DNA of 64,000 bases from Octopus vulgaris (lineage: Eukaryota), in NCBI GenBank assembly GCA_951406725.2, contig OX597814.1, forward strand, positions 72,354,001 through 72,418,000, written 5' to 3'. The position numbers and the translations under genes were made by a program. Position 1 is the first letter of the stretch; every line of letters starts with the position of its first letter. The notes under the pieces are model-generated. The model was not told the DNA's origin. It made no database searches and worked only from the letters and a program-made list of their open reading frames with translations. This document shows positions 25,806-37,551 of this stretch, piece after piece.

Positions 25806-25945
25806 TTTTTACTTGTAGGCATACATCCAGATTAGGTACATGATAAGTTATAGTGAACAATGAAATAAATACTTGCAGGTATTTATTTTATTGTTCACTA
25901 CAATTTATCATATACCTAATCTGAGTGTATCCTTACATGTAAAAA
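25806..25945. repeat. ~140-bp imperfect foldback palindrome (MITE-like)
   Basis: TTTTTAC.TGTAGG..TACA.CCAGATTAGGTA.ATGATAA...GTGAACAAT..AAATAAATAC|TTGCAG|GTATTTATTT.ATTGTTCAC...TTATCAT.TACCTAATCTG..TGTA.CCTTACA.GTAAAAA. Confidence 0.8.
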
Positions 25946-26496
25946 TATCCAAAGTATCTGTGGTCTCTACTGATGGAGTTAGATCTCATTTGATCAATGA
26001 AAGTTCATGGCAGTTGTTTCAGATACAATAGGACTGAACTAAGCAGAATATGGTTGCAAACCTTGTCTTAAAGGCATGAACATTGTGATATGGACATTTA
26101 TATGATTGTTTACATGTTTAAATTCAATTTATTTTTAATTTCAGCATAGTATTATTTAAATGACTATATTTATGAATGGGCTGCATAAAACTCATTAAAA
26201 TTATCTTCATGGCTCATGATTTTCATTGAACATAATGTAATTACTAGATTTAAAACATTTAAAAAATTAACCCAAGAAAGTTTTCAACTAACCTGTTATA
26301 GCTATTCCTAGTTTATGAGGAATTCAATATTAGAAAAATAAAGCATAAAAAATTTTGTTCCTAAATTGGAACAATCTCTTAGTCATATTTCAGCCTGTGT
26401 ACCTATACTATTTGTTCTCACAAAATTTCTTTATCCTTAACAGCTCTGTACAAAAGCTATGACGAATTACATATTAATGTATGTTTTGTTTTACAG

Positions 26497-26626
26497 ACAT
26501 TTGGTACTGTTTGTTCTAGAAAATTCTTTATTGTTGATTATGTCCCAAGCTTGTCGATACCTAAAGGAGCCAACTCTTTCTGCTAGAGACAAACAACTTC
26601 TTAAAAGGGAGCTTGGAGCTGACCTT
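26497..26626 (+). CDS. NUP188: NUP188 coding exon (HLVLFVLENSLLLIMSQACRYLKEPTLSARDKQLLKRELGADL)
   Basis: ttacAG acceptor, GTAAGT donor; 130 nt, phase 2-0. Matches human LLMFTMENCFYLLISQAMRYLRDP..RDKQRMKQELSSEL. Confidence 0.93.
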
Positions 26627-27029
26627 GTAAGTAAAAATGGAAAAGATTTCATAATTTCTGACTTTCTAAACATTTTTACAGAAATATAATAATTAAATCC
26701 ATTGTTGGTCAAGCTATAATTGAAATGTTTTACTATGCTAGATACTACACTTTGGAAAATCACTGAATCAAGTTTATAGGTTATTTAGAGAATTTAAATA
26801 AACTGAACCTGTGAATGCTATTGTTATGTAACCTGGTGTTAGGCAATCTATTCTGATTAATAGAAGGTGCTGGGGTGTTAACATATTTGATTTCTAGTCA
26901 GTATGTACATCTTCAAGTGCAAGGTTCAAAACTTCAAGATGTCATTGTATTATTGCTTACTACATCAATTGCTAAGCATCAGTTGCATCTTCAGGAGATA
27001 TATATATATATATATATATATGCCTGGCT

Positions 27030-28130
27030 TATGTAGATTTTATCTGAATGGGTAGTCCATCCAAGCTTCAACAGCATAGCTGCAATACCTGATGGAGCTA
27101 TAGCAAGTACTATTCAGACATCAGGCCACCTTCATTGTTGTCAATTTTACTTTTGATTGACTCAAAAACAATCTGTTTGTTGTTGAACATATTTCTGTGG
27201 TCATTGTAATAAACTTCAGCTGAAGGATCTAGTTCATCTGGGTTAACAGGCACATTTTGTTGCTGGTGGCCTGCAGCTGACAAACATTAATTATATGTTG
27301 AATGCTCATATTGAATCAACTGGTTGTCTAGTATACACAGGGTGTCATTGGCAGCTTCTCTTGCATTTTCAGTGTTGTAGAAAATCATCAATAAGGTTGT
27401 TGCAATACATGTATAAATTTAGAGGCTAAAGCAGGGAGCAGGAATGAAGAATTGTAAGAAATAAAATTGCAATAAAAGATGTATCTCCCTTTTGGATCTT
27501 CTGCATTTTTATCAAAATAAGCCATTTGTTTCATTGATTGAGCATTTTCTACGTTTAGATAAAGATTATGTGATGATTGAATCTAAAGACATTTCTACTG
27601 ATTAAGCAATTCAAGTTTCCAATTTGATTCAGATGATCCCTGTAATTTTCATATTAAATGATCTTATACTGATTTGCATCACTGATCTCAAGAGAAACTC
27701 ATTCTTGTTCTCTTTCCAGTGAGTTTGAATATAGATATTTCACAGCTTTAGCAGATGCACTTCAGTCAACATATGAGCTTCATTGTACCAATTAACAACT
27801 TTTATGTCCCCGTTTCAAACTCATGGCTTCCTTCAATAGGACATCACCAACAATATAGTAGATAACCGTCACCACTACATAATGTTTGTGAATGAAACTC
27901 AGAGGAATAATTCTTGTTGCAACATCCATTTAATAAGCAAGATGAAGTTGCATTCTGTTTTCATAAAGACTAACTGCACTTGCATTATTTGGATTGGGTA
28001 GCTCAGTAGAGGCACTTTTGTTGATTTTTTGCTATAAGTTGTGTTATTTTCTACTATAAAAAGAAAATGGGAGTGAGGAAAACCTCTCTTCTGGAATTCA
28101 ATTGTACTCACACTGATTTGTAGAGGTTAC
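27030..28130 (-). mobile_element. Highly decayed autonomous Helitron Rep-helicase remnant
   Basis: IEFQKRGFPHSH (Rep HUH motif 2) at ~28070-28105 and VLAIAPSGIAAMLL..G.TTHS (PIF1 motif Ia) at ~27045-27112, in the same orientation. Confidence 0.75.
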
Positions 28131-28472
28131 TGTTACTTTAGTTTGAAAACTTGTATAGTTACATCAAAGTGATCTGCACTCAATTCTCTAATAATTTCTT
28201 GTCACTTTGGATGGTGTGAGTAAAGTACAATTCTTTAGGACACTCTCTGTGTTTGACATGGTTTGAAGGGCAAAGTAGCAATTGTTGTAACTATGATTCA
28301 GTTTTGTTTTGATGAGACTGTCTAGAGAAATAGTACTTAAAAGTTTGTAGTATTTGGAATGACCAATGTAGTAATAATTGAGTCTTCAGCATATTTTTGA
28401 CTAATAATACAAAGATTAAGTAAACAACATTAAATGTTAAGACTGAAAAATTGTAAACTTTTTTTTTTGCAG

Positions 28473-28691
28473 AATACATTTTTGCAATCAATGCATCGGC
28501 ATATTCGTAAAGGAGGCACAACTCCAGTCTCTCCATGTGGAAGTCAACCTCAACAGCAGCAGCCAGTTTCCAATACTTCTCCTACTGGTCTATCAATTGG
28601 ACGCAGCACAAGTCAAACAGGTTTTTCATCAAATCCAGAACAAGCTTTTTACAAATTAGTAAGTGAATTTGTAACAAAAGTATTACGATAA
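28473..28691 (+). CDS. NUP188: NUP188 terminal coding exon (NTFLQSMHRHIRKGG...EQAFYKLVSEFVTKVLR*)
   Basis: (T)n-gcAG acceptor; TAA at 28689-28691. C-terminus resembles human STLLSSLSRYFRRG...QEPLIQLVQAFVRHMQR. Confidence 0.9.
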   Translation, partial: NTFLQSMHRHIRKGGTTPVSPCGSQPQQQQPVSNTSPTGLSIGRSTSQTGFSSNPEQAFYKLVSEFVTKVLR

Positions 28692-28764
28692 CAGAAAAAA
28701 AATTTTGTAAGAACTTTTATAACAAAAAAAAAACAAAAAAACAAATTGATGTATTTTGAAATTC

Positions 28765-28770
28765 AATAAA
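28765..28770 (+). promoter_or_regulatory. Candidate NUP188 polyadenylation signal AATAAA
   Basis: AATAAA 74 nt after the stop codon, followed by T-rich sequence. Confidence 0.45.
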
Positions 28771-30378
28771 TTAACCATTTTAATAACTTTTTAAAGTTTC
28801 ATTTTTTAAAATTAATCATCATAATCCTGCACTTAACCAAAGTACAGAGTAACTAGACATAACCTAAGGGAATTTTGTATTTATGAATTTATAACAGCCA
28901 TATTAATTCACCTGTCAGTTGCTCTAAAAAATCTAAGTTAAGTAAGAAATTGTTTAAAAGTTACTTATCTGAGAAATTCAATTCAATCTTAATTTAAATG
29001 GTCCCTACTGTTGATAGCAATGACACTGAAGACTGAAAAGGCCAATCCTCACACTAAACAAAATAAAAATGACATGGAAGAGTTAATGGAGAGTATAGTA
29101 ATTATTGCTGTATTTTACATTCCTAATGTTTTTCTTCTTACTTCAGTAGTAATAAGACTGACACCAGATGGAACGGCTCTGGACTTTAATTTCCCATGTC
29201 ATTTTGAGAGCTGACTTTAGCTGATCTTTGTAACAGCAGAAAAGATATCATTGTGGTCTTTTGACAGTGGTTAATTCACTGAAGCAAATCTAAGGAAGAA
29301 ATCTTACTCTTTTTATTGTCACCACATAGCCTGATCATTGGTGTTTCATGATAGTGGTTTCTATGCTTTGACTGTTGGCTTTTTCTAAGACAACATTGTT
29401 CGCTATGTAGTCTGCTATCTGATGTTTAAAATGTCACAAAGCTACTGTTAGTGGAAATGTTCCAGACTTTTGATGTTCTGACGATAATATGTCCATGTTT
29501 CACAATTGAATGATAATGTTGAGATAAACTGTTTTATGAGGATGAGGATAAGATCTTTGTTCTTAAAGACTCATTTTAACAGTTTTCCACACACTGAATA
29601 GACTGATCCAAATCTGTGTTCACATCCTTTTCAGAAATACATTTACCGGAAAAAGACTTCTAAGATATTTCAGTGATAGTGATGTTGAAATCAGGGAGAT
29701 TGGTCTTCTTGACATTTACTGATGTCAAAGCATATATGCATGGGTGAAGTTGTTGACTGATTTCTGGAGTTCTTGATGTATGGGACAAAGAGCAAAGTCA
29801 ACAAGATCTAAATCTAGCTATGTTAAATAGTCTACCATCAAAATAATACCTATATTAACATTTGAATTGTCTACTGGAAATTTGGGATTCAGGAAGACCC
29901 TTCTCTACAATGAAGAGCAGTGTTATTCCAGGATAATTCCCATAAGATTTTCAGTCTCTTTTCTTGAAGATGTTTATAATGGTTGCAGTTTTAAATTCAT
30001 TTGAAACTAAGCAAGCTTCCCATATTTTCAGGATCAGAATGAAAAACCTGGTTTTGAGAGGTAATCCATGTTTCAGTCATTCAGAAAGGTTGTCATTTGG
30101 ATTTGAGTGGGTTGGGCTTTCATACAATTCATGGCAGTTTCAAATACTTGAAATGATGGTTGTATTTCATCCATAATTGTTCAGGATGATGTGGAACATA
30201 TTTCAAGAAATAAATATTAGCAGCAGAGGCAGTATTAATACCAAGAGCTAATATTTACCTCCACTTAAACATGGACGGTCTGTTAGAACAAACTGTACTG
30301 TGGTAATTACCTGTAAATTGCACTCTAGTTTATATTACTAGTGGGGGGATAAATCCCTGCCACCTCCGGCATTGAGAG

Positions 30379-30423
30379 CACCAGATCATATGATCTCAAC
30401 CTTCCTTGGTCTTATCAATGATG
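30379..30423 (-). ncRNA. Type I hammerhead ribozyme-like motif, copy 1 (U3-A8 core; A14G lesion)
   Basis: CAUCA UUGAUAA GACC aaggaa GGUU GAGA UC auau GA UC UGGUG. Confidence 0.6.
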
Positions 30424-30688
30424 GATGCTTGACCGCTAGAGATGGCAGCAACTCATCTCCCCACCAGCAATACAGTGAGAGCTTGTTAAACATATATATT
30501 AGCAATAGAGGCAGTATTAATACTGAGAAGTAATATTTATCCCTACTTAAATGTGAATGTTCTGTTAGAACAAACTATACTGCAGTAAATACCATGAGAG
30601 AAACACTCATATTGGTGTTTGGTGCAAAAAGCACTCTTGTTTATATTGCTAGTGGGACAATAAATCCCCACCATCTCCAGCACTGAGA

Positions 30689-30735
30689 CCATCCGATCCC
30701 ATGATTTCAACATTCCTTAGTTTTATCAATGATGG
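30689..30735 (-). ncRNA. Type I hammerhead ribozyme-like motif, copy 2 (U3-A8 core, intact GAAA)
   Basis: CCAUCA UUGAUAA AACU aaggaa UGUU GAAA UC augg GA UC GGAUGG. Confidence 0.65.
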
Positions 30736-31018
30736 ACACTCAACTGCTAGAGATAGAAACAACTCATATTCCCACAAGTAAGCATTTTGCACCAACAGCC
30801 AATATGCAAGTTTCTTTCATTGCATTGTCTGTGTTTTTACACAGACATCTGCAAAGTTTTGAAGCTCTATTGCATTCTGTTGCTACTAGTTCTGTATTTC
30901 TCCAGAGTTTAACATTGGAGTTTGAATCTTATGGAATTGATTTAAAATGATAATCATAAATCAATAATAGAACAAGGAAAGTGAAAAGACAGAAGACAAT
31001 GTTTAGACAACATTGGTC

Positions 31019-31024
31019 TTTATT
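31019..31024 (-). promoter_or_regulatory. Candidate GPR107 polyadenylation signal (AATAAA on -), implying a ~2 kb 3'UTR
   Basis: tttatt on +; the region 31000-33090 lacks recognisable TEs and the downstream minus-strand sequence is GT/T-rich. Other AATAAA sites exist. Confidence 0.35.
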
Positions 31025-33093
31025 TAATCTGTACAAAATGTCAATGTTAAATTTGATAAGATCGACACATGCCATTTCCAAAAGGAAAACTGTTATAAAT
31101 AGTTCCAAACAAGAAAATAGTTGATACTACCAGTCATATTGCTGTTAACAGAAGACTAGTTGCTGCTGGAATCATTAGGAATGAAAGATTTTATTTGAAA
31201 CAAATGGTTTATAAACACAGCTTATTCAATACCTTGACAATCACAGTTGGTGCTCAATAGAGAGTTCTCAGTAGAATACAATGTTTAAGAACCACCACCT
31301 TTCACCTCCTATATCAATATGACTTTGACATCTACCATCACATTTCCTTTTTTCAATTCAAGATAGCATTGTCATATGTTACAAGAGATTTTTAAATGAA
31401 CTTTATTCTCCCACCATTATACAAATTGGTATTTAAAGACTGACATGAAAAATAAACTACACCTGAGAAATTAACATAAATTAAACTATGATTGATGCAT
31501 TAACCAAACATAATTCAATTTTCCCCCACTATGAATAGTGCTGGTTAGTAACTGATTGCAAAATATGTTTTCATCTTTTTTTTGTGTGTGGGGATATGAG
31601 CAAAGACAAGGAAGAATGTGTTTCATTCATATTAACAATACATATCAGTTGTTTGTGCAGGAAGCAAGCATCTTAAAAGCTTCATTCATACAAAAATTGG
31701 TCCCTAGACAGAAAATGACATTATGCTGAAAGTTTAATAAAGTAAAATCGTTGCCCTTCATATAACATCAAAAAGAATAAAAGTTGAGAGGAAAACTGAG
31801 TGTAAAAAATGAGAAACTCACAACCATTTCTTCCTTTCAAAGCAATAAGTTTTTTTTTTTATCTTTTATTTTTTTGTTTTTTTAGTTATGGATATATTGT
31901 TATTTACTAAAAGCCTCCTTCCGGAATAGAATTTTAAAAGGACACTTTTCAGATAGTTTGCTTGACTTTTACCCAGATATTATTTATGTTTGATGTTTCT
32001 AAGAAAAAATATTAATACTCTTCAGGATTGTTCAGGGCAAAATTTTCAGTTGCAATCTTGAATAAACCAATGTTTTCATTTCATTGTTCATCAGCTATGA
32101 ACTCTTTTGTGGCTTGAATCTTTCTTAAATATTGGTAACTATGAAAATATTTTTGTTGGGGTGTTTTTTAAATTTTTTTTTAGTACAATAGATATAAAAG
32201 AAACTGAAACAAAAAGAAGGGTTTCAAGAACTGCAATGAAGTTATAATGGAGTCTGTGTTATAATAACTTTTTTTTTTTTTAGCTGAGCATTCATAGAAC
32301 ACTAACAAGTCACCCACTGTCTCACTGATATAATGCTTAATCTTTATAATGATAGCTATTTTTGTTAGGATGATTTGGAGGCAACATTTCAAGCAAAAAT
32401 AAAATGATTAATAACAAAGCCTGTATTTCTTTGAATAAAATCTCAAATACATCAAGTTTCCAAATGATGCCAAAATGATATTGTGACATGATCTCCCAAT
32501 GCATTGAGAATACAATCAGAATGCCTTATAAAAGATCAAAGAGTTGAATTACTTTGGCTGAAACAAAAGAAAGAAAGGATTCACTTCTTTTAAGGTATGA
32601 TCAATAGGATTTTAAATCACAATTGACTCCACCTTGAAATCTCAAATCTACTAGCCTAATTTTAAGATAAATGTTACCTATAACTTTTGTTTGTGAGTGC
32701 TGTTGTAACCTATATAAAAATCTTAATTCTAACAGGTGAAAGTTGACCTAGTTTTGCAGAAAATAGCATATGAAGTAAAGAACAATTTGATCATATAGTG
32801 ATAAATAACAGCTGCATACATTTAAAGCCAAATAAATTAAAACCTGCTGAAACAATCTTGATATGACAATCCCAACCAGCATTATCACTATGTTCTTCAC
32901 CTGACCATACTGCTCCATGTGAGGGGTGGTAGTCATAGTCTATATCTGACAAAACACATTGGTCCTGGAAATAATAATTAAATATCATTGTTAAAAGATG
33001 TGTAGAATTTACAATTGATTTAGGTCCAGTTCTTTCCATGGTTTATTTACAGTTTCCCCAGTTGTCCAACTCTTACTGAAGTCTTGATTGACT

Positions 33094-33211
33094 TCAGTCG
33101 TATTCGTGACTGCTCTCTCTCTGCTTAGCACCAGTGTTTGGCTCAGTCTCCTGAGTTTTTGATGACCGACTTACTTTCACTACATTGTCCAAAGCACTAT
33201 TTTTAGTTAAC
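33094..33211 (-). CDS. GPR107: GPR107/108 terminal coding exon (LTKNSALDNVVKVSRSSKTQETEPNTGAKQRESSHEYD*)
   Basis: ttctacAG acceptor; phase 2 completes the Val codon; open to TGA at 33094-33096. Confidence 0.8.
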
Positions 33212-33719
33212 CTGTAGAAAATAAATCAAAATGGTACAAGTTAGATAAAAATGAATGAGTCTTGTGAGAATACAGCTTGTTCAATCTTAGTTTCAATAAA
33301 TCCTCTCTAGGAAATAACAGTTGTGTCAACATCAAATGGCTACATGATGACTAGCTTATAGGAATATAATATAAGGAATAAGGAGTTATCAATGATTTTT
33401 TAGTTCTCAGCTTGAAACAACAATCATTTGCTACTTAAGTTGCAGGAACCTGATCAACTACTTGATCTTCAAAACAAAAAGAAATGGTGATGAAAACTAC
33501 ATCCTTTCCCAGTGACTAACAACAGAGCAAGGGCTCAGACATAGCAATCTGAAGAAGCAACATTTGGAAGACATAGGTTAAAAAAAATACTATACTAGAC
33601 TCAGCAAAAAACAGGATGAGATAGTGACTTATCACGAATAGTGAACAACTGGGATTTCCCTAGGATAACTATAAACAAGGGTCCTGCAAGATGGAAACTG
33701 GCATGGCAATGGATTAACA

Positions 33720-35030
33720 CAAAAACCAGATCCATAAATGCTAAGAAACATATCTGGAAAGAGTGTAAGACAAAGAAGGTATTATTACTGAGTAGCTAGA
33801 AAAGAAGCTAAGCAATAGGAATATAAGCATGGAGAGAAGTTGAAAATAAGAAATTTAATAATGTTCTGTGAGAGTGTCAGGTGTTCCAAAATGCAAAGCA
33901 AAATGTTTTGGGGGAAAATTGTATGCAGAATGATAGTGGTGCACTTTTCCCTTACTAATGCTAAGGAAAAAAGAGGCTTTGAAATGTTACTATAAAAGGT
34001 TACTGGATGAAAATAATGGAAGAGGGATTGCTTCATCATCACCATACTGGCATGGGTTAAATGGTTCGACCAGAGCTGGTAAACCAGAGAGTTGCACCAG
34101 GTTCCAGTCGTCTGTTTTAGTTTGGTTTTTACTGCTAGATATCCTTCCTAATGTCAACCACTTCACAGAGTGTATTGGGTATATTTTACGTGTCACCAGC
34201 ACTGGCCCAAATTTCACTTCGCTTGATGTGTCTTTTCAGGCACAGCTAATTGCCAGAAGACTTGATCACTTGTCAGCACCTCCATAAGGTTCAACAACCA
34301 AAGATCATATTTCACCACCTTATCCCACATCTTCCTGGGCGTACCCCTACCACATTAGAGACTGTCACTTCTTTACACAGCTGTACTCATCCATTCACAT
34401 CACACGACTAATACTAACATGTCTCCTCTCTTGCACACTACATCTGATGCCTCTTATACCCAATTTTTCCCTAAAAACATTTACACTCTGTCATACATTG
34501 ACAGTGCTCATCCAGCAGAACATGCGTTGGCTACATTTCTTTCAAGCCTTCGCATATCTTCTGCAGTCACAGCCCATGTTTAACTCTATGTCACATGGCT
34601 GTTTGTACACAAGTATCATACAATCTGCCCTTCAGGGAGAGACCGTTTGTTACCAACAAAGATAGATGCTCTCTGAAGCTTGCCCAGCCCATTCTTATTC
34701 TAGCAGTTATATCCTTAGAGCAACCTCTTTCACTGTTGACTTGATCACCTAGGTAACAAAAGCTATCTACTACTTTTAAATATCCCCACCAGGCATTTGA
34801 GGAAGTCTATTTTCTGTACATTCCTAGTGTTTATTGTACCTAAACATCTGCTACACATAAAATCACTTTCTCTGTTAACCTTCCTCTGATACTGCTGCAC
34901 CTTTTATGTGTCCATAGCTTGCACCAGATACACTTTATGTTAAACCAGAGGGACCAAATATTGAAATAGATAACTATACTGTTGAAAGCAAAATTAAGGA
35001 TATGAAGGTAGGGAAAGTTGTTGGGATGCT
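33720..35030. mobile_element. Nested old RTE fragments (a + fragment interrupted by a - 3' fragment at ~34030-34940)
   Basis: Homology to the RTE copies: CATCAT tail and CCTTCCTAATG 3'UTR on -; KEALKCYYKRLL on +. Confidence 0.6.
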
Positions 35031-35652
35031 AAAATGGAGAAAAAGAGCATGAAAAATTGGTGCAAAATTATATGAATTTGATGTATTCCTTTTTCTTTTC
35101 TTGGAAAAGATTTATGGTTTTATGATTATTGAGCTTAAAATACTCTTTGATTAGGAGAAGCAAAGAAAAGACAGCGTTAATAATGGGTCTGGGAGCAGGG
35201 GCTGCAAGCACATCTAAAATTTTTGTTGGATGCAAAATCAAATTTGCACCCCTACCTACTTCTCTCAGGTTTAAAAAACAGTGTGTAAAAAGTGAACTGT
35301 AAAAAGTAGCTTGAAGTTAGGTTTCTTCTCAAAGAACAAAAATAATAAGACCTTGTTTATACAAAAATTTTGGACCTAGGTTTGCACCCCATAAGTAAAT
35401 TTTATTCCCAAGCCAGTGACATTAATTACAATGGACAGTTAGATGTTAAGTGTACCAAATATGGACAAGCCTCATTGAACAGAACTAAAACCATACAAAA
35501 CACTCAAAAGCTCCTTTATTAAGTGCTTAATTTCAGTTTTGCATCTGAGAGACAACCAACTAACAAATTTGATGAGCTATATATGTTCTGAAATGCTGTT
35601 ACCGATATGTATGGGTTAAGTAAGAGTGCCTATACAGAAAGGTTATGTATGT

Positions 35653-36025
35653 TACTCTTTTACTTGTTTCAGTCATTTGACTGTGGCCATGCTGGAGCAC
35701 CGCCTTTAGTTGAGCAAATCGACCCTGGGACTTATTCTATCGGTCTCTTTTGCCGAACCCTAAGTGACAGGGACGTAAACACACCAGCATCACTTGTCAA
35801 GCAATGCTAGGGGAAAAAACACAGACACACAAACATACACACACATACATATATATATACATATATACGACAGGCTTCTTTCAGTTTCCGTCTACCAAAT
35901 CCACTCACAAGGCATTGGTCGGCCCGAGGCTATAGTAGACACTTGCCCAAGATGCCACACAGTGGGACTGAACCCGGAACCATGTGGTCGGTAAGCAAGC
36001 TACTTACCACACAGCCACTCCTGTG
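35653..36025 (-). mobile_element. tRNA-derived SINE, near full-length
   Basis: Minus head GTGGCTGTGTGGTAAG (A box) ... GGTTCAGTCCC (B box), CTTGGGCAAGTGTC core, internal (TA/TG)n, 3' CTCCAGCATGGCCACAG. Confidence 0.8.
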
Positions 36026-36231
36026 CCTGTTAGAATAATAAAATTTGAAAAAACTAAAATTCTTATTTCTTTTTCAGTAGATATATAATGTGATTATTGT
36101 AATTCACCATGCTGCCAAATTCATGATTATAATGATTTACTGACAAGCTTAGCATCTAATAGCTACTGACAATGTTGAGCAAAGCAATAACTATTACTCT
36201 AATATTCAGAAAGGAATGGACTTTAACTTAC

Positions 36232-36392
36232 ACTTCCTCCATTTCTATCTCTTCATCACTGTCTTGAGGAACTTGCAAGTAAGGATTATCAGAGGCTGGA
36301 CGGAATTTATAGCCCGTCACTATGAAAAAGACGAACGTTGCCATTTCTTTAAACATAGGATCCAACCACTCATACTTAAATGGTACTGTAAT
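36232..36392 (-). CDS. GPR107: GPR107/108 exon (ITVPFKYEWLDPMFKEMATFVFFIVTGYKFRPASDNPYLQVPQDSDEEIEMEEV)
   Basis: AG/GTAAGT; 161 nt, phase 0-2. TGYKFRPASDNPYLQ signature. Confidence 0.95.
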
Positions 36393-36712
36393 CTGTAATT
36401 CAAAAAATATAAACAAGATATCAATATTGAAATAAGTTCTTCAAACAATTTAACAGAATCTAATATCTTTTAGAGACTAGTCTGTTGACTAACAACAACC
36501 TCCATTGGATACTACACTTACACCTAAATACTACATACACACACACATACACCTAAATCTTACTTAGTTAAGAAATAGGTTTCAGTTATTTTGAGACACA
36601 AATATATACTTCAATGAACACTGACCTATAAAATATGTTTAAAGTTTACAAAAATACAAATGATTCAAACTCCATATTTACCCAACTCATGCATATAAAA
36701 AAATGAACTCAC

Positions 36713-36760
36713 CTTTAGTAAATAGACAATTATTCTAGTAAAATAAATATAGCAGACAAT
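36713..36760 (-). CDS. GPR107: GPR107/108 exon (IVCYIYFTRIIVYLLK)
   Basis: ttttcAG / GTGAG; 48 nt. CYIYFTRII signature. Confidence 0.93.
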
Positions 36761-37374
36761 CTGAAAAATATTAGAAAATGTAATAACAATTTCAGTTTCA
36801 TTTGTTCTACACTAGACAGAAAGAAACAAAAAGTATTATACGTAAAATATAGGATTAATTTGTTGCAATAAAGAAGACCTGTCTTGGATATTATCTGGAA
36901 AACAACCATGCTTGATATGCAGAAAAGGAGGGAGCAGGAATTCTGATATGGTGAACCCAGTGCAAACTGTAGATAAACATGAACTGTAGTGGGATCAGAG
37001 CCAAACTAATAGAGGAGGTCTTACTATGTAGCAAATGCACAGTTGTAAACTCACAGTACTTCATTTGTTTTTATGTCAGTTTTACCATGCTAACATAGGA
37101 TGGATGAATATATTATTAATGCAAAAGTGATAAGAAACAATTATTATTTAATAAAGGCAGAATTAAACCTCAAAATGACAAAAATATAGAATACAATATG
37201 GAATAAATCTGATGTTGGGCAAAACAATGACAATCCTGGTCATGTTTTAATCTTATCAGACCTCACTAGCAAAGTCTATTCTGAGCATATTGCCAGACTT
37301 GAGAGTTACAGAAGTATATAGTGAATGAACAATAAGTGACATGATAACTTAAAAGGTGAGAAATTAATACTTAC

Positions 37375-37468
37375 CAAAATATAAAACTGTCTAAATAATT
37401 TTAACTTATTGAGAGATATAACAGCTTTGCCATCAGTCTGTGAAGCATCTTGTAAATGTCGTATTGAC
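37375..37468 (-). CDS. GPR107: GPR107/108 exon (SIRHLQDASQTDGKAVISLNKLKLFRQFYIL)
   Basis: AG/GTAAG; 94 nt, phase 2-0. SIRHLQxASxTDGKA..KLKLFR signature. Confidence 0.95.
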
Positions 37469-37551
37469 CTGCAAAACAAATAAAATTTGAAACCTTGACT
37501 TCTTTGTATGATTTACATGTCATTTTCCTCTTTCTTACAGCTTTCCATCTA

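Larger units (their letters stand above)
30213..30775 (-). repeat. Tandem dimer of a ~280-311 bp unit, each carrying a hammerhead ribozyme motif (retrozyme/pLTR-like)
   Basis: Units start ATATTAGCA..AGAGGCAGTATTAATAC at ~30214 and ~30495 and align to ...CTAGAGAT.G.A.CAACTCAT.T.CCCAC. Confidence 0.85.
29100..30950 (-). mobile_element. Very old RTE/BovB-type LINE remnant hosting the tandem hammerhead repeat
   Basis: Minus translation near 29810-29860 gives YYFDGRLFNIARF (RTE motif YRxDGxLFNxxR); many stops; boundaries are approximate. Confidence 0.55.
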
